A DNA stretch of 64,000 bases from a virus. Its lineage: Duplodnaviria > Caudoviricetes. The translations under genes were made by a program, and so were the position numbers. Under the pieces are notes generated by a model. That model saw only the letters and a program-made list of their open reading frames with translations. It was not told the DNA's origin and did not search any database. Positions 1 through 13,147 of this stretch are shown here, in pieces; the first letter of the stretch is position 1; each line of letters begins with the position of its first letter. The stretch is from the IMG/VR virus record IMGVR_UViG_3300021255_000109, positions 1 through 64,000 of that record; one strand, given 5' to 3'.

Positions 1-282
1 GCAACAGCGCCAGCAGGATTAACAGTAATAACAGGTAATCCTGTTCAAGGAATTGCAAAAGCGAATCAGTCAAATAGTTATATGGGCTATAGTTCTTGGT
101 GGGGTGCTCTTGGATGTTGGACACAATATACTACCGGTGGAGTAACTGGTATTCCAGGATTTGGTCCTCATGATGCCAATGGAATGTGTAAAGATTATCT
201 TACTGTATATGCGAGAATAGAAACTCCTCATGTTTTTTTTGAGAATGGAATAGAGAACGGAGGCAATATATATGAATATTAA
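1..282 (+). CDS. 3' end of a probable tail/virion protein (truncated by window start)
   Basis: Frame 1 is open from base 1 to TAA at 280-282; Gly/Thr/Trp-rich; directly upstream of the tail fibre. Confidence 0.6.
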   Translation, partial: ATAPAGLTVITGNPVQGIAKANQSNSYMGYSSWWGALGCWTQYTTGGVTGIPGFGPHDANGMCKDYLTVYARIETPHVFFENGIENGGNIYEY

Positions 283-286
283 AAAC

Positions 287-315
287 TTGCCTTCTGCGAA
301 ATTTTATGTTATAAT
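287..315 (+). promoter_or_regulatory. sigma70/sigmaA-type promoter for the tail fibre gene
   Basis: TTGCCT-17 bp-TATAAT with extended -10 TG; RBS GGAG before ATG at 352. Confidence 0.7.
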
Positions 316-351
316 ATTTGAAGGAAATAATCTAGGAAAGGAGATTAGTAT

Positions 352-3300
352 ATGGCACAATTAAAAGATCTTTTAGTCGCTGGGCCATCAAGATTTATTG
401 GAGATATGTTTGGAACTAATCTCCAAATTACTAAGATTAATGCACTTACTGCTGCGAATGGTACTACATATGGAATAGGTAGTGCAGGATAGGCTTTATG
501 CTCAAATGGAACTTTTGTATATTGGGGTTATCCAACAGCAGGAACTTATGAACATAATCATGATTCAGTATATCTTAAATTAAATGGCACTAATAATATG
601 ACAGCTGATGTGAATGTTATTTTAGGTGATACTGATAAGTTTGTAAATTTTTGGTACAATACTAATAAAACCGCAGGCGCATCTTGGCGTATTGGCGCAT
701 TAGGTTCTGGACAAAATGATGCTAATTATTTTGTTATTCAAAGCGGAACGAGTACTACTTCTTCAACTACTTGGACAAATGCAATTCGCATTGGCCAAAA
801 TACATATGATATAGCTACTAGCGGTAATATTTATCCTTTAACTACTGCGGCAAAGAATTTAGGAACTTCTTCATTACGATGGAGTAATATTTATGCAGAT
901 ATACTATTTGGTACAGCTAAGCATGCTTCATCAGCAGATTGGTCTACAACAGCTCAATCAAATAGTGGCGTATTAAAAGTAAAAATAAATAAAAAAACTA
1001 ATTGGATGCTTGCTTTTACTATAAGAGTATATCAAGGTTATTAGTATACAGATTATGCTATTAGTGGTTATAATTATGGTACAAGTCATTGGTATTCACC
1101 TGCAGCAGTTATTTTAGGAAGTACTGGTACAGATAAGAAGACAGTTACTTTTGGATATGATGATGATGCTTCTAATTCATATTGTACTTTATGGGTTTCA
1201 ATACCAAGTGGTTCTTATACTGGAGTAAGCGTTTTTAATGTAACAAATGGCTATGGTCAAATTCCAATTTATGATGCATTTGAAATTGTTAAAGAGGCTA
1301 CATCAACTGGAATAGTACAAACTACAGTTGATGCATATCGTCCTTGGTATAGAAATGAAACAGTAACTAATGCTACTAACGCTGCTAAAGCATATATTAC
1401 AGATACTACGCCTTCTAGTGCTACAAGTTATTATTTAACTTATGCTACTGGAAAAGGTGGAAACCAAGATTTAAGAGCAAATAATGGATTATATTATTAT
1501 GATACTGGAACAACAAGTTATTTAAATGTTGGTGACACGAGTAATAGTGGTGGATTAACTTTACATAATGCCAATGGTAAATATGGAGATTTAGTTACAT
1601 CTGCTTTTACAGCTAATAGAACTTTTACATTACCTGATGCTACTGGAACTATAGCTTTAACTTCAAGTAGTATAACTGGAAATGCGGCAACTGCTACCAA
1701 ATTAGCCAACGGCCGCACACTAAAAGTAAATCTTGCATCAACTTCAGCATCTACGGCTTTTGATGGTTCAGCCAATGTACATGATATTGGAGTTGATGGA
1801 GTTCTTCCTTTGGCAAATGGTGGAACCGGCAAAACTAATGCAAAAGATGCTGCTAACGTTCTTTTAAATGGATTAGAAACAGGTGCTTCTACTCCAGTAG
1901 ATGCAGATTATTATATATCTCAATATGTTGGTGGTGGTACTACTACGACAACATATCATAGACGTCCAATGTCTGCGCTTTGGGCATATATAAGTGGTAA
2001 AATAACAGCGAATAGATAGGCGAGTGGAACAGCTGGAACTTTAGCTTATTATTCTAGTGCAGATAAAATTTCTTCTCATCCAAACATTCAAACGACTGGT
2101 GGACATTTATTCCTCGCAGGTTCTAATGCTTCATCATCAACTGCAAATACAACTCAAATTGTATTTGGAACAAGTGCTTCTTAGCATGTTGCACTTTCCG
2201 CAAATACTGGTGCATTAATAATTAATCCTACTACATCTTCTACTACTGGATAGATCATATTAAGTACAAGTAGTGTTAGTACATTTAATGGCGGTGGAAT
2301 TACTGCTAATGGAGCGATTACTGCTTAGACAAATATAGCTGCAGGACCAAATAGTTAGTTATTAACATTAACAAATAATAGACCTGCCGCAAATATAGCT
2401 GTAAATCAGTGGTTTTGGGGAAGTGATTTCTTAGTACCAAATGCAGTAGATAATACTAATATGTGCCATGTATTTGGAAAAGCTAACTCTAATAAAAATA
2501 GTGGAGTTATAAATTTCCATTATGCTGGCAATGCAAGTGATAATAATTATACTGGTTTAGGTGTTTATGGTTTTGAAGATTCTTTAAAAGTATTTGCTAA
2601 TAAAGATGTTGCAATAGCAAAAGCATTAAGAATTCCAACTCAAACATCTGGTTTTATAGATGGAATTTAGTTTCTTAATGGCACAACTAAAAAAGGTAGC
2701 TTTGGTTGTGATCATAACGGAATACTTGCATTATATAGTGCTAGTAAAGTTGCTATTAGACCAGTATTAGATGCTGCTACTGATGGTGTTGAAATTATAA
2801 CAACATCCATGTATCCTACTAAAAATCAATATATGACATTAGGTACTTCTAGTTTATATTGGGATGGAGCTTATATTCAAGGTAATGGTAATATACATTG
2901 GAATAATTTGACAAAAGTTAGTGGTAAAAGTATTATTACAACAGATATTAATAGAGGACTTCCAAGAATTTTATCAAATAATGATATAAATGTCCATGGT
3001 GCTGGTAGTAAGCTTTGGGGTTTATCTCCTGCATCTATAATGGTAGAAGTAACTGATGATAATGGTGCTACTTGGACAGAGAATACTTCATTAACAGATA
3101 CTCAAAAGAGAAACTTAACAAATGGATATTTTCTTAATGGAGCAAATTGTGCGGTAGGAGGACTTGCCGCAGATGCTGGTTCTGGTAATACTTCTCCTAT
3201 GACTGTTGGTATGGGCCAAAGAATTACATTTGATTTTTAGGTTGAGCATAGATTTGGATGGATAGAATGTCTTTTAATATATTTTTATTGTAGAAGTTAG

Positions 3301-6300
3301 ACTTGTTCATATTTAATAGAAAGATGGAGTAAAAATAATAATACTTGGAAAACTGTTATTGATACAACATCAGTAACTGGTAATAATTATCGTGTTATTT
3401 ATCCAGATGTTTCATTTTATATGAACGGTAATACAAGTAGTAGTGCTTCATCTTATCCGTAGTATTGTAATAAGTTAAGAATTACTTTTATGGTAACCGC
3501 AGTAAGTTCTCAAAGATATGGTGCTCATATAGGATTTATTGCAGGTTGGGGAAGCGGAGTTGCATCACACACTAGATCTGCTACTTATCCAAGTGGAAGA
3601 CTATTCGATATAACTATGGCTTAGTATGGTTTACCAATGTATTTAGATGGTGAATCTGGTAGAGGCATAGGAAGATTGCTTATGCCATTAGAGAGACTTC
3701 ATATCTATGGTAATGGTGGATGGTATGATGCTGATGTTGCTAATTATGCAGATTTATATATTGGAAATAGCGGTAATATTACTGCTGCAGGATAGCATGC
3801 ACAAGGAAGAATATTCCTTTATTGTAAAAATACTACATATACGACAATATAGAATTCTGATACATATCCATAGCCAGCTAATAGAAATTTAATTATTGGT
3901 CCTTAGAATCTTAGCAATGCTTATATTGTTTCTTATTAGAACTCTAATGGAACAGCAGATGCTAATACATTATATGATTTAATTTTATATAGTAATACTG
4001 GTAATAAATTAGCAAATGCGCCAAAAGGTTATAAATATGGACAAATTCTTACACTTCCGTATAGAAAAGGATTTGGAAATACTATTCCTGATTATGCAGC
4101 ATAGGTTTATATACATGGTGGGTCAACCGTATCAAATTAGCTGTTTTATAGAACAAGTACTGCTAGTGCTTGGAATGACTGGCAAGAAGTTGCTCATATT
4201 ACTGCCAATGTCGCCGTCGGAAGTTCAGTTTTACCAGTATATGTTGCTGCCGATGGAACAGTTACTGCAATTACTGCTTTATCAATGCCATCTGGTCAAA
4301 GTGTTGATATAAATGGAGGAAATCTTAATTTAAAACCGCCAAGCAGCTCTTCTAATGACAGTGGAGATATTGTATGGTGGTATGGTGGCGGACAAGAACA
4401 AGCTCGTATATTGGTAGGTAGCGGTGGTGAAACAACATTTTCTCCATTATATCGTTGTTATAGTTCTGCTGGTACTCAATTAATTTCTGGAAGGCTTATT
4501 ATTGGTGCTTCTGCGGGAGTCGGCAGTACAACTTAGCCAATTTATATTGATAGTGCAGGTGAAGCAAAGTCTACTTCTTATGCTCTAAATGCAACTGTTA
4601 ATTCTAGTACAACTAATTATATGACCTATTATAGTGGGGCTAATGCTGTTTCTGGCACAGCTGCGGCTTAGATGATAGACGGATGTTTAAATCTTCATCC
4701 AACATCTGGAACATATAGAGAAGGCATTAGAATTTATCCAACTGGTAACTGGTCTACTATTGTATTATTAGGAAATGATCATAATAATGCTACTTCTGGA
4801 ACTAGTGCTAATACATGGGGTTTTTACAATAATAATGGGAAAATTTATATTTCTCGTAATGCAAGTACTAGCGGAACATATATGCTTTATCATGATGGCA
4901 CTAACTGGGGCGTTAAAGGACATTTTACTCCAAATGCTACAAACACTTATACATTAGGAACTACATCTTTAAAATGGGCAAATGTATATGCTACTACTTT
5001 TACTGGTGCTTTAAGTGGTAACGCAACTACGGCAACTACATTTCAAACTGCAAGAACTATTTGGGGTCAATCTTTTGATGGTAGTGCTAATGTTACCGGT
5101 AATATGACTGGTGTTGGTTCATCTATTAAATTAATTTCTGGATAGACAGGCTTTTAGTTTTTGACCTCTGCTGGAGGTGCGGCGACTGGTAGCTTTGGTA
5201 AATTAGGACTTAATAGTACGTATGCTAATATTGATTTTACTAATTATGTATTAGATGTAAATGGCGCAACTTATATTAGAAGTACAACTGATTCTACTTC
5301 TGCTACTACTGGAGCAATTAGAATTGATGGTGGAATAGGTGTTGCTAAAAATATCTGGAGTAATGGATTTATTAAATCTAATGGATTTACTTCTGATACT
5401 ACTGTAACAAATAATGTATTTAAGCCAGCCATTACAATATATCCAAGTAATTCTAATGAAATTAATTTTGGCGGTTATTATACTGGTAATAGAACTATTC
5501 ATTTTGGATATAGAAAAGTAAATGATCGTGAAATTCCAACTGCTTATGATTTCGGGCCATATAGTCAAGTAAGACTAGATGTTGGCGAAGTTGAAGCTGG
5601 AACTACAAAAGAAACTTATATTACTCTTGGTAATAACAAAGCTACATCAGAAGCTAATAATGGTCGTGGTAGAGTACGCATGTATGGTACTAATGCTTAT
5701 TATAGTGATATTATACCTGTTGATTAGACAGCAAATCGTGCATATTATTTAACGCAGTCTCCAGTTGCAAGTGCTTATTTATTATCTTATCATGTATCAA
5801 ATGGTGATTTAAATACTATTTATGATGCTGGAATGTTTACTGGAACAGGTAGTGCTACTAATGGCCTAAATAGTGATGGAAAATATTATTCAATATTATC
5901 AGTACCTTATAATAAAGCTGGCGGTAATACTGCTCCTAACTGGGGATGGTAGTTAGGTACTAACACTAATAATAATGACAGTCTTTATTTCCGTTTATCT
6001 AACGCAAGTGCATGGAGGGCTTGGCGACAAGTTGTTCATATTGCTAAAGATACTGGTTTAGGAAGTGGAACAAAACCAGTTTATGTCGCTAATACTGGAG
6101 CAATTACTGAATGTTCTTCATATGCGGGCGGCACTGCTGTTACGCTAAATAATGCGTCAAAGGCAGCCTCAACAGCTAGCTTTTATGCTCCAACTGCAGG
6201 AGGCGCAAATAATACTCAAGCATTAGTTGGCGCAGGAACTACAACAGCTCCTAAATGGGTAAATATTTCTCCTTCAAGCGCATGGACAGCTGGTACCACT

Positions 6301-7446
6301 GCTGGACCTTCATTAAAAGTAACTGTTTTAGGATAGACTCAAGGCACTGGAGCTGCGATACCGGCTGCTAGCGCCACAGCTAGTGGTGTTGTACTAGCAA
6401 CAACTGGAACCACAGAACAATGGTTTAAAGGTTGGAAAGGTATTTATAACGAATATGCTCTTGACCAAGGTACAACTGCCATTAATGCAAATGCTTGCGC
6501 ACGCTTCATGCTGAGATGTAAAAATACAACTACTGGTCATAATGGTGGCACTGGCGTAATTCGTTTATTTAATAATAATCAAGCAGATGATAATAATGCT
6601 ACTATGACAATAGATTGCGCAGGCGATTTATATATCGGTGGTGGCGAAGCTCCGTACAATGTCTTAGTTGCTAAAGGTATTACAAATGGTGAAAATATGT
6701 ATATAGTTACAGATGCAAATACTTTTATTGAAAGTAATGCAGGAACAGCGGCCAATAGAATTGGTATAGTAATTAATACATCTGGCCATTTATATCCACA
6801 AAAAGCCGAAACAAATAATAGCGGAGCGCAAGATCTTGGTACTGCAAATTCAAGATGGAGAGCTTTATATGTAAATACTATAGATATAAGTCAATTCCAT
6901 GCCGGCCACTATGCTGCTAATACCGCTCAATCTATTGAAGGACAATGTGGAGTATGCGGTGGCTCAGGAACATTATATCTGTATTCTCAAACTGCTGTTA
7001 ATAGTCATAGAGGATTATATGGTTGTAATTCTGCTGGAACTAACGCAGGTTATCTTACTATCAATAAAGACAATAGAATTAATGGTCTTGCACCATTTGA
7101 ATTGACAAGTAGCTCTTGGTGGGATCAAAGAACTCATGCTAGAATTAGATGTGATATGTCAACAGGTAATAATATATTATATCCACTTTGGTCTATGTTA
7201 ACCGTACATGGAAACTGGGCATTAAGTACTTATAGTGTAACTGCAGATCCGGATAGACTATTGTTTACCTATATTACAAATGACCAGTTTAATGCAGGCA
7301 CTAATCCATCATCATTTCCTTCAATTACATTTTATCCTGATGGAACAATATTTAATTCAGGATATTATCGTACTACTAAATATGGAACTAGTGCGCCAAC
7401 TGCAACAGCTCCAAATGGTAGTTTATATTTTGTGTATAAAGCATAA
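352..7446 (+). CDS. Large tail fibre / receptor-binding protein, ~2364 aa when TAG is read through
   Basis: All track fragments (598, 1810, 2461, 2809, 4285, 4672, 5161, 6508) share frame 1 and are separated only by TAG (about 26 counted), with no TAA/TGA until 7444. Fibre-type motifs GNAATATKL..R, GQSFDGSANV, LGTSSLRW and GS.T.PVYV are present. Confidence 0.9.
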
Positions 7447-7460
7447 GGAGGACAAAGTAT

Positions 7461-8216
7461 ATGGCTTTAAATTTAGATACTATAAATGTTACATCATAGA
7501 TGGCTGCTTCAACTTTTTAGATGAGAATTAGTACATCTTGTAAAACATATACTCCTTCAGGCATTATATTAAGTTCTCACACATATATTGTTATGAATAA
7601 GGTATTACCGCATACAGGGTCGGATACAAATCCGACTACTGTAGGTGGTAATACCGCAAGTGATGGTGCAATATCTGTTGCTGTTATGTATAACAGTAAT
7701 GCTTCTAATAATTCTTCTAAAAGAATGGGCACAGATTATATTAATTGGGGATTAGATAGATCAGCTAGTACTTGGGCAGCACTATATACGGCTAGTACAA
7801 CTAGTAGTAAAATCTACCAATTACAATCACATGAGATATTAAGTAGTGCAATTCCATATAATACTGAATGTTATGTAAGAGTAGCTAATGAAGACTGGAA
7901 TGGTAAAACTTTTGCGAATGCCGTTCAAGGAGATTGGATGAATTTAGTACCTACACATAAAAATGGTGTTGGCATGAACTTACCTTATAATGGGACAAAT
8001 TTTGAGTTGATACCATTTTATTTTAGAAAAAAGATGAGAGATTTAAGACAAGTTAGAATTTATCATAATGGATGGAAATATGCTACAGCGGGCATTTATA
8101 CTCCAAGTGGATGGCGAGGAGCTGAAGTTTATACTCGTACATCTGATGGATGGAAATGTTTCGAAGAAAAATATAATACTTATAATGAAAGTAGAGTAGA
8201 TTTAAGCACAAGTTGA
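7461..8216 (+). CDS. Probable virion/tail-associated protein, 251 aa (2 TAG read through)
   Basis: GGAGG RBS then ATG at 7461, in frame with the track ORF at 7521; C-terminal GWK/GWR repeats. Confidence 0.7.
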
Positions 8217-8241
8217 CAAAAATAAAGATATTTGGTATAAT
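8213..8241 (+). promoter_or_regulatory. sigma70-type promoter
   Basis: TTGACA-17-TATAAT with TG extension. Confidence 0.8.
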
Positions 8242-8259
8242 CTAAATATAGGAGGAAGT

Positions 8260-8331
8260 ATGAATATGATTGTTAATGATTTAAATGTAGCTATTAGTTT
8301 TATTATTTGCCCATTATTTTATATTGAATAA
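8260..8331 (+). CDS. 23-aa leader/small ORF (MNMIVNDLNVAISFIICPLFYIE)
   Basis: Strong GGAGG RBS just before ATG at 8260; overlaps the start of the radical SAM frame. Confidence 0.4.
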   Translation: MNMIVNDLNVAISFIICPLFYIE

Positions 8332-9538
8332 CTTTGAAAAACTTATAATTTATCTTTCTTCTTCTTGTAATTTGTAGTGTAAATATTGTCATATGCGCGA
8401 TTATAAGGGGGAGGAAATAAATTATCCTTTTAATTACAATATTTATATCAATAAATTCCTTGAATTAAATAATAATAATGCGGAAAGCTTAAAAATAATA
8501 GAATTATGGGGCGGCGAACCATTATTAGGCATTTAGGGATTTCTTGATTATTTACCTAAATTTTTGACAACATTCCCTAATTTAACAGATTTTTTTATTT
8601 CTTCAAATTTTACAGTACCAAATAGCGCAGAATCTATTATAAGAATTATGTCATTATTACATACTTATGGTAATCGTAATAAAAATTATTGTATTCATTT
8701 ATAGATTTCTATTGATGGATAGCCAGAAATTAATGATTATAATAGAGGAGAAGGCTCAACATAGAAAGTGCTTGATAATTATAATCAATTAGTTTCTTTA
8801 ATTGATAAATATACTAATATATATTCAAACGTTCATATCTCTATTAGAACGAAATCAACATTAGTGCCTGCTAATTTTGAAGATAGAGATGAAGATGAAT
8901 TATATGCTAATGTAAATTTTTTACCAGACTTGTTTACTGATTGGCTGAATTTCTTTGTTAATAATTTTTATAACCCAAATATAGATATTAAATGTAACTT
9001 ATTTTCTTGTCAAAAAAATCCTGATAATGGTGGATGGTATTATCCATATGCGCTCAATTACGCATATGCATTAGATATTGTAGACAAATGGAAAACTACA
9101 CATCCAGAATATGATTCATTTTTTATTTATACAAAATATTCTACTAAAAAAATTGAATTATGTGAAGTAGGATAGTTTAATAAAGTATTGGCGTTATTAC
9201 CATCGGGCGAGCGCACATTATGTTATCGTTCTATTGCTGATAATGTGGTATTAGATGTAAATAAAATGTCTAAAAGTATAAACTTATCGGAAGTCTATAT
9301 GATACTTATGAATAAATATTATTCTGACAAAGATATGCAAGAGTATATAAGTGAATAGGATTTTAAAAAATCAATTCCAATTTATTTAATGCGGAATTGG
9401 TGTCCTTATGAACATTATAAATCTCCATATTTATCCAATCCTTGGTTTTTTGAAGAATTAGAATTGTTATATTATGGAGCTATGAATATTTTATTGAAAT
9501 GGAGTGAAGAAGATGGATAGAATGGAATTAATAGCTAA
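8285..9538 (+). CDS. Radical SAM protein, ~417 aa (about 9 TAG read through; start could be TTG at 8324)
   Basis: CNL*CKYC (CxxxCxxC), WGGEPLL and L*ISIDG motifs lie in one frame interrupted only by TAG. Confidence 0.85.
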
Positions 9539-9944
9539 AGTCTTTGAGCTTTGTATTTTTCCACTGTTGGGCATTTTAACTGCTTATATAATTCAAGTAA
9601 TTAAAATTAAATCAACAGAGTTAGCCACAAAGACTGACAACGCGTTATTGAAGAAGTATATAGATATGCTTTCTACGACAGTTACAAATTGTGTAATTGC
9701 AACCAATTAGACATATGTAAACGCATTGAAAGATAAAGGTGAATTTGACCTAGAAGCGCAAAAGAAAGCATTTCAAATGGTATATCAACAAGTAATTAAA
9801 ACATTGTAGGGCGAAGCGTATGATTATTTAAATTCTGTTTATTCAGATTTAAATGCTTATATTAGTACAATGATTGAAGTACAAGTTAATCAATATAAAT
9901 ATACACCAATAGTTACACCATCTAAGGATGGAGTTGTATTATAA
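9513..9944 (+). CDS. Holin-like membrane protein (LL-H-like family), 143 aa (2 TAG)
   Basis: N-terminal TM segment; IATN*TYVNALKDKGEFD matches the family motif TNQTYV..LK..G.FD. Confidence 0.75.
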
Positions 9945-9957
9945 AAAATAAAAAAAA

Positions 9958-9993
9958 ATAAGGGACTGAGCTTTTTAACTCAGTCCCTTATTT
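9958..9993. terminator. Bidirectional intrinsic terminator between convergent blocks
   Basis: AAGGGACTGAG/CTCAGTCCCTT hairpin flanked by A and T runs. Confidence 0.85.
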
Positions 9994-10479
9994 TCATTTT
10001 AGTGTAGCTTCATATTTAACTTTTACTAAGCTAAATAAACTATCGCCTTCATGATTTCCATGTAAAGCATTATATGTTTCATGCTCTCTTGTAATATTCT
10101 CATATTCTTGTAAAGTAATTATATGGTCATCTTTCAATAGAGTACGGCAATCTTCTTTGAACTGTCGTCCTTGTACAGACAACATACCTTCAGTTAGTAT
10201 TTTCAGTTCATTTTGAATGGAGTTCATCTATGCCCCCATTATTTGATCTGTTCTATTGGAAGCAAGTTCTTCCTCACGAATAATTTTCATTATTTCCTTA
10301 TTATTGTCATTGATTAAATCTTTAACTTCTTGTACAAACTTTTTTTCTAAGTTAGCTTGTTTAGATGTTTTTTCTTTTTTATACAAACTATAAAAATGAG
10401 TACATAAAGCGGTTAGACCAGAAGCAATAATACCGAGAAGAAATTGCACCCAATATTTAATGATGATTTCCCAAACCAT
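9994..10479 (-). CDS. Membrane-anchored lysis-associated/holin-like protein, 161 aa (1 TAG)
   Basis: Two track ORFs abut at a single TAG (10228-10230); N-terminal TM, coiled coil, C-terminal YNALHGN motif. Confidence 0.65.
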
Positions 10480-10517
10480 AAATATTGTATGCCTCCTTTA
10501 ATTGTTTTCCTACAATA

Positions 10518-10558
10518 ATATTTAAAAATTTAGCAATATATATAAAAAGGTGTTGGCC
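10518..10558 (-). promoter_or_regulatory. Putative phage late promoter GGCCAA-N24-TTTTTAAATAT
   Basis: Same bipartite motif with an identical 24-bp spacer at 14888, 45938 and 55489. Confidence 0.6.
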
Positions 10559-11035
10559 TTAATCTCCCCAATTAAAGCCAACATCTTTATTTACATAATA
10601 AGCACCGATACAAATCGCATCTGCCTCATCTTGTGTAACTTTTTTATTATATGTCTCTTTGACATATTGCTAAGCATTTCTTTTCTATTCTGCGCGAGTT
10701 CGTCCTTTTATTCCCAAACCGGACCTCCACGTATTACAAGAAATTATCTTGTAGTTAACTCCAACTAGCTCTACTGCCAATTCTTCTAATACGCCGAGGA
10801 CTTCTCCAAGAATTTTTAGTGTTTCGGCATTATTTTGATATTGCACATTCTCTAATAGAATAGTATCAATATCATAATCCTATACCATCTACTTTACTTG
10901 TGTGCGCAAAGCATATAAACGCTAACCAAACTCATCGTCTTTAAGCGGAATCAATCCGCTTTTAATTAACTTTTTATCATCAAAAATTGAGTATCCTGAT
11001 ATGTGACTGGCTTGATCTAAGGCCAGCACTCTCAT
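10559..11035 (-). CDS. ruvC: RuvC-like Holliday junction resolvase, 158 aa (5 TAG); missing from the ORF track
   Basis: MRVLALDQASHISG..., LLENVQ and QDEADAICIG acidic RNase H-fold motifs. Confidence 0.85.
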
Positions 11036-11577
11036 GATGTAGATCCAAAGCCTCCAATGCGCTCTGCGGTCTGGTTATCATCTTCTACTGTATAATACTT
11101 ATGAATAATGCCCTGTGCGAGACAATCTCCTTTATGAATCTGAATGGGGAAATAAGATAAATTTATTAGCTGTAAAAAGATTTCTCCTTCATTAGAAGGA
11201 TTATTATAATAATCAGCATCTATAATACCTACACTATTAGCTAAAATCAGCCAGTCTTTCAGTGGTGTCGAACTGCGCACAGACAATTCCAAATATTCAT
11301 CATTAGCTAATTGTATTTTCATTCCAGTAGATACTAAAGATGGTCTCAATCCTTTCTCTTTAGTAAAGTCTGCTAATTCTTTAATAGTGGTAGGCTTTGA
11401 ATAACTAAAACCACGATCAACTAATCCAAATCTAATCTAAGTGTTTAGATCTGAATATGCAGGAATTATAAAATCCTCCGCCGCGCACAAATCATACCCA
11501 GCTGAGTGCGCCGTGGCACGTGTGGGTAATGTTAAACCAGCATCTTTAAAACGAGAAACAATTTCAAATTTTGCCAT
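11032..11577 (-). CDS. dut: Trimeric dUTPase, 181 aa (1 TAG)
   Basis: SAGYDL, RSS, GIIDADYY, AQGI and RIGGFGST motifs. Confidence 0.92.
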
Positions 11578-11591
11578 ATTTATTTTTCTCC

Positions 11592-11831
11592 TTAATCAGT
11601 ATATGTAATATAGGTATATCCTGCAGGTTCTTTTTCTTCTGAAAATGTGCGCTTTAGTGATACTCTATACCAAGAATCAACTACTTCGCCTTTTGCTTTT
11701 CTCTCGTGATATTCACAATTATATTTAGTTAAAGTGTATGCGTCTTGTTTTGCTTCTTCGATTAGCTCTTGTGCTTCACTTTCAGAATCAACTCGATAAA
11801 CTTCTTCAGTTCTCAATAGATACTTTGCCAT
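11592..11831 (-). CDS. Hypothetical protein (likely start MAKYLL)
   Basis: ORF track; RBS-like sequence upstream of MAKY. Confidence 0.65.
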   Translation of the reverse strand: MAKYLLRTEEVYRVDSESEAQELIEEAKQDAYTLTKYNCEYHERKAKGEVVDSWYRVSLKRTFSEEKEPAGYTYITYTD

Positions 11832-12108
11832 CTGCTCCGATTCCTCCTGTATATACATTTATATTCATATTATTATATCTAATTGTTGCGATATCGTTTA
11901 TATCTTTTCGTAAGCCGTCTATATAATCATCTGGTCCAACCAAAACAATATTATTACAGCTATGCTCTGCGACACAACCAACCAATAAATCAGGTAAAGC
12001 AGCTATACTTACTTGAGCTATTGGCATTACTGTATTCTCTTGATCGTTTACATAATAAATCTGCTATCTTGATGCACCAAACTAAATTTCACATAATAAA
12101 TATTTCAT
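11806..12108 (-). CDS. Hypothetical protein, 100 aa (2 TAG)
   Basis: ATG at 12108 overlaps the upstream stop and is in frame with track ORF 11806-12027 through two TAGs. Confidence 0.6.
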
Positions 12109-12611
12109 ATTTCAATTACTCCATTTGTATAATCAAAAAACAAATAACAATCAGTATTATCTTCTACATCTGTAATCCAAATCTCTACATGATCGTCATT
12201 AATTGTAATATCTTTAATTTTCCCAAGCTCATTAACAAGAGACATTAATTCTTCAATTAAGAATTCTCGCTTAGGCATTGTTAATTCAGACATGGAAAAA
12301 ATAGTAACATATCGTCTGTCTAAACACATTAAACTAAAATATTTTGCTTTATAAAAACGATCTTGATTAGTAAACTTAATTAGTTCACGTCGTTTAGCGG
12401 TTAGATCTTCTTCTGACATTGGATCTAATTGAGCAAAAATATTTTGATTAATTTCATATAATGATAATTGTAAACCATTGCCTTCAATTTTTATAGGCTT
12501 CCATCCATCATTATATTGATAAATCTTATTCTCTTCTTTTACAAGAGCAAGTTCACCCTCATTATGAATGGGAAGCTTAGTCAAAATATCATATGATGAA
12601 ACTGTTATCAT
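12105..12611 (-). CDS. Hypothetical protein
   Basis: 168-aa ORF with AAGGAG RBS and its own promoter. Confidence 0.75.
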   Translation of the reverse strand: MITVSSYDILTKLPIHNEGELALVKEENKIYQYNDGWKPIKIEGNGLQLSLYEINQNIFAQLDPMSEEDLTAKRRELIKFTNQDRFYKAKYFSLMCLDRRYVTIFSMSELTMPKREFLIEELMSLVNELGKIKDITINDDHVEIWITDVEDNTDCYLFFDYTNGVIEI

Positions 12612-12640
12612 GAAAAACTCCTTTATTATTTTATAAGAAT

Positions 12641-12669
12641 ATTATAACATTTTTTTCTTAACTTGTCAA
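12641..12669 (-). promoter_or_regulatory. sigma70-type promoter
   Basis: TTGACA-17-TATAAT. Confidence 0.8.
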
Positions 12670-13143
12670 ATCTATAACCTCTTGATTAGAACTCCCTCGC
12701 ATTGGTAAAGTTATATCTCGTAGGCTGTCTATATAGGGACCAGTAACTAAACCATTAATCTCATTAATGATGAATTTCATTTTTGCATCATTTGTATTAA
12801 AAATGGTTTCTGAGTCATATCCTGTCCATACCCATATCTTTACCCAAGGACATCTTTTCTTTATTTCTCTAATCACTAATTGCGTTAAGAATAAGTTATC
12901 ATCGCATAAGGGCTCACCGCCCATGATACATAATGTACGATGTATTCCATTGGCGGTTAACCCTTCTTCTATTTCATCTAAAACTTCTGGAGTAAATTCT
13001 TTCCCTCCATCGAAATTCCACGTATCTGGATTCTGGCATTTATAACAATGTAATGGACAACCTTGAACAAAAAAACTTAAACATACTCCAGGAGCAGCGG
13101 CAAAATCATTTTTTACAATTCCTGCGTAGCGCATTAGCTGCAC
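12658..13143 (-). CDS. nrdG: Anaerobic ribonucleotide reductase activase
   Basis: FVQGCPLHCYKCQNPDTW, GGEP and RGSSNQ motifs; adjacent to nrdD. Confidence 0.95.
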   Translation of the reverse strand: MQLMRYAGIVKNDFAAAPGVCLSFFVQGCPLHCYKCQNPDTWNFDGGKEFTPEVLDEIEEGLTANGIHRTLCIMGGEPLCDDNLFLTQLVIREIKKRCPWVKIWVWTGYDSETIFNTNDAKMKFIINEINGLVTGPYIDSLRDITLPMRGSSNQEVIDLTS

Positions 13144-13147
13144 CTCC

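Noticed and set aside
1-8216. Diversity-generating retroelement targeting tail genes
   Set aside because: No reverse transcriptase and no adenine-variant repeat pair seen in this window.
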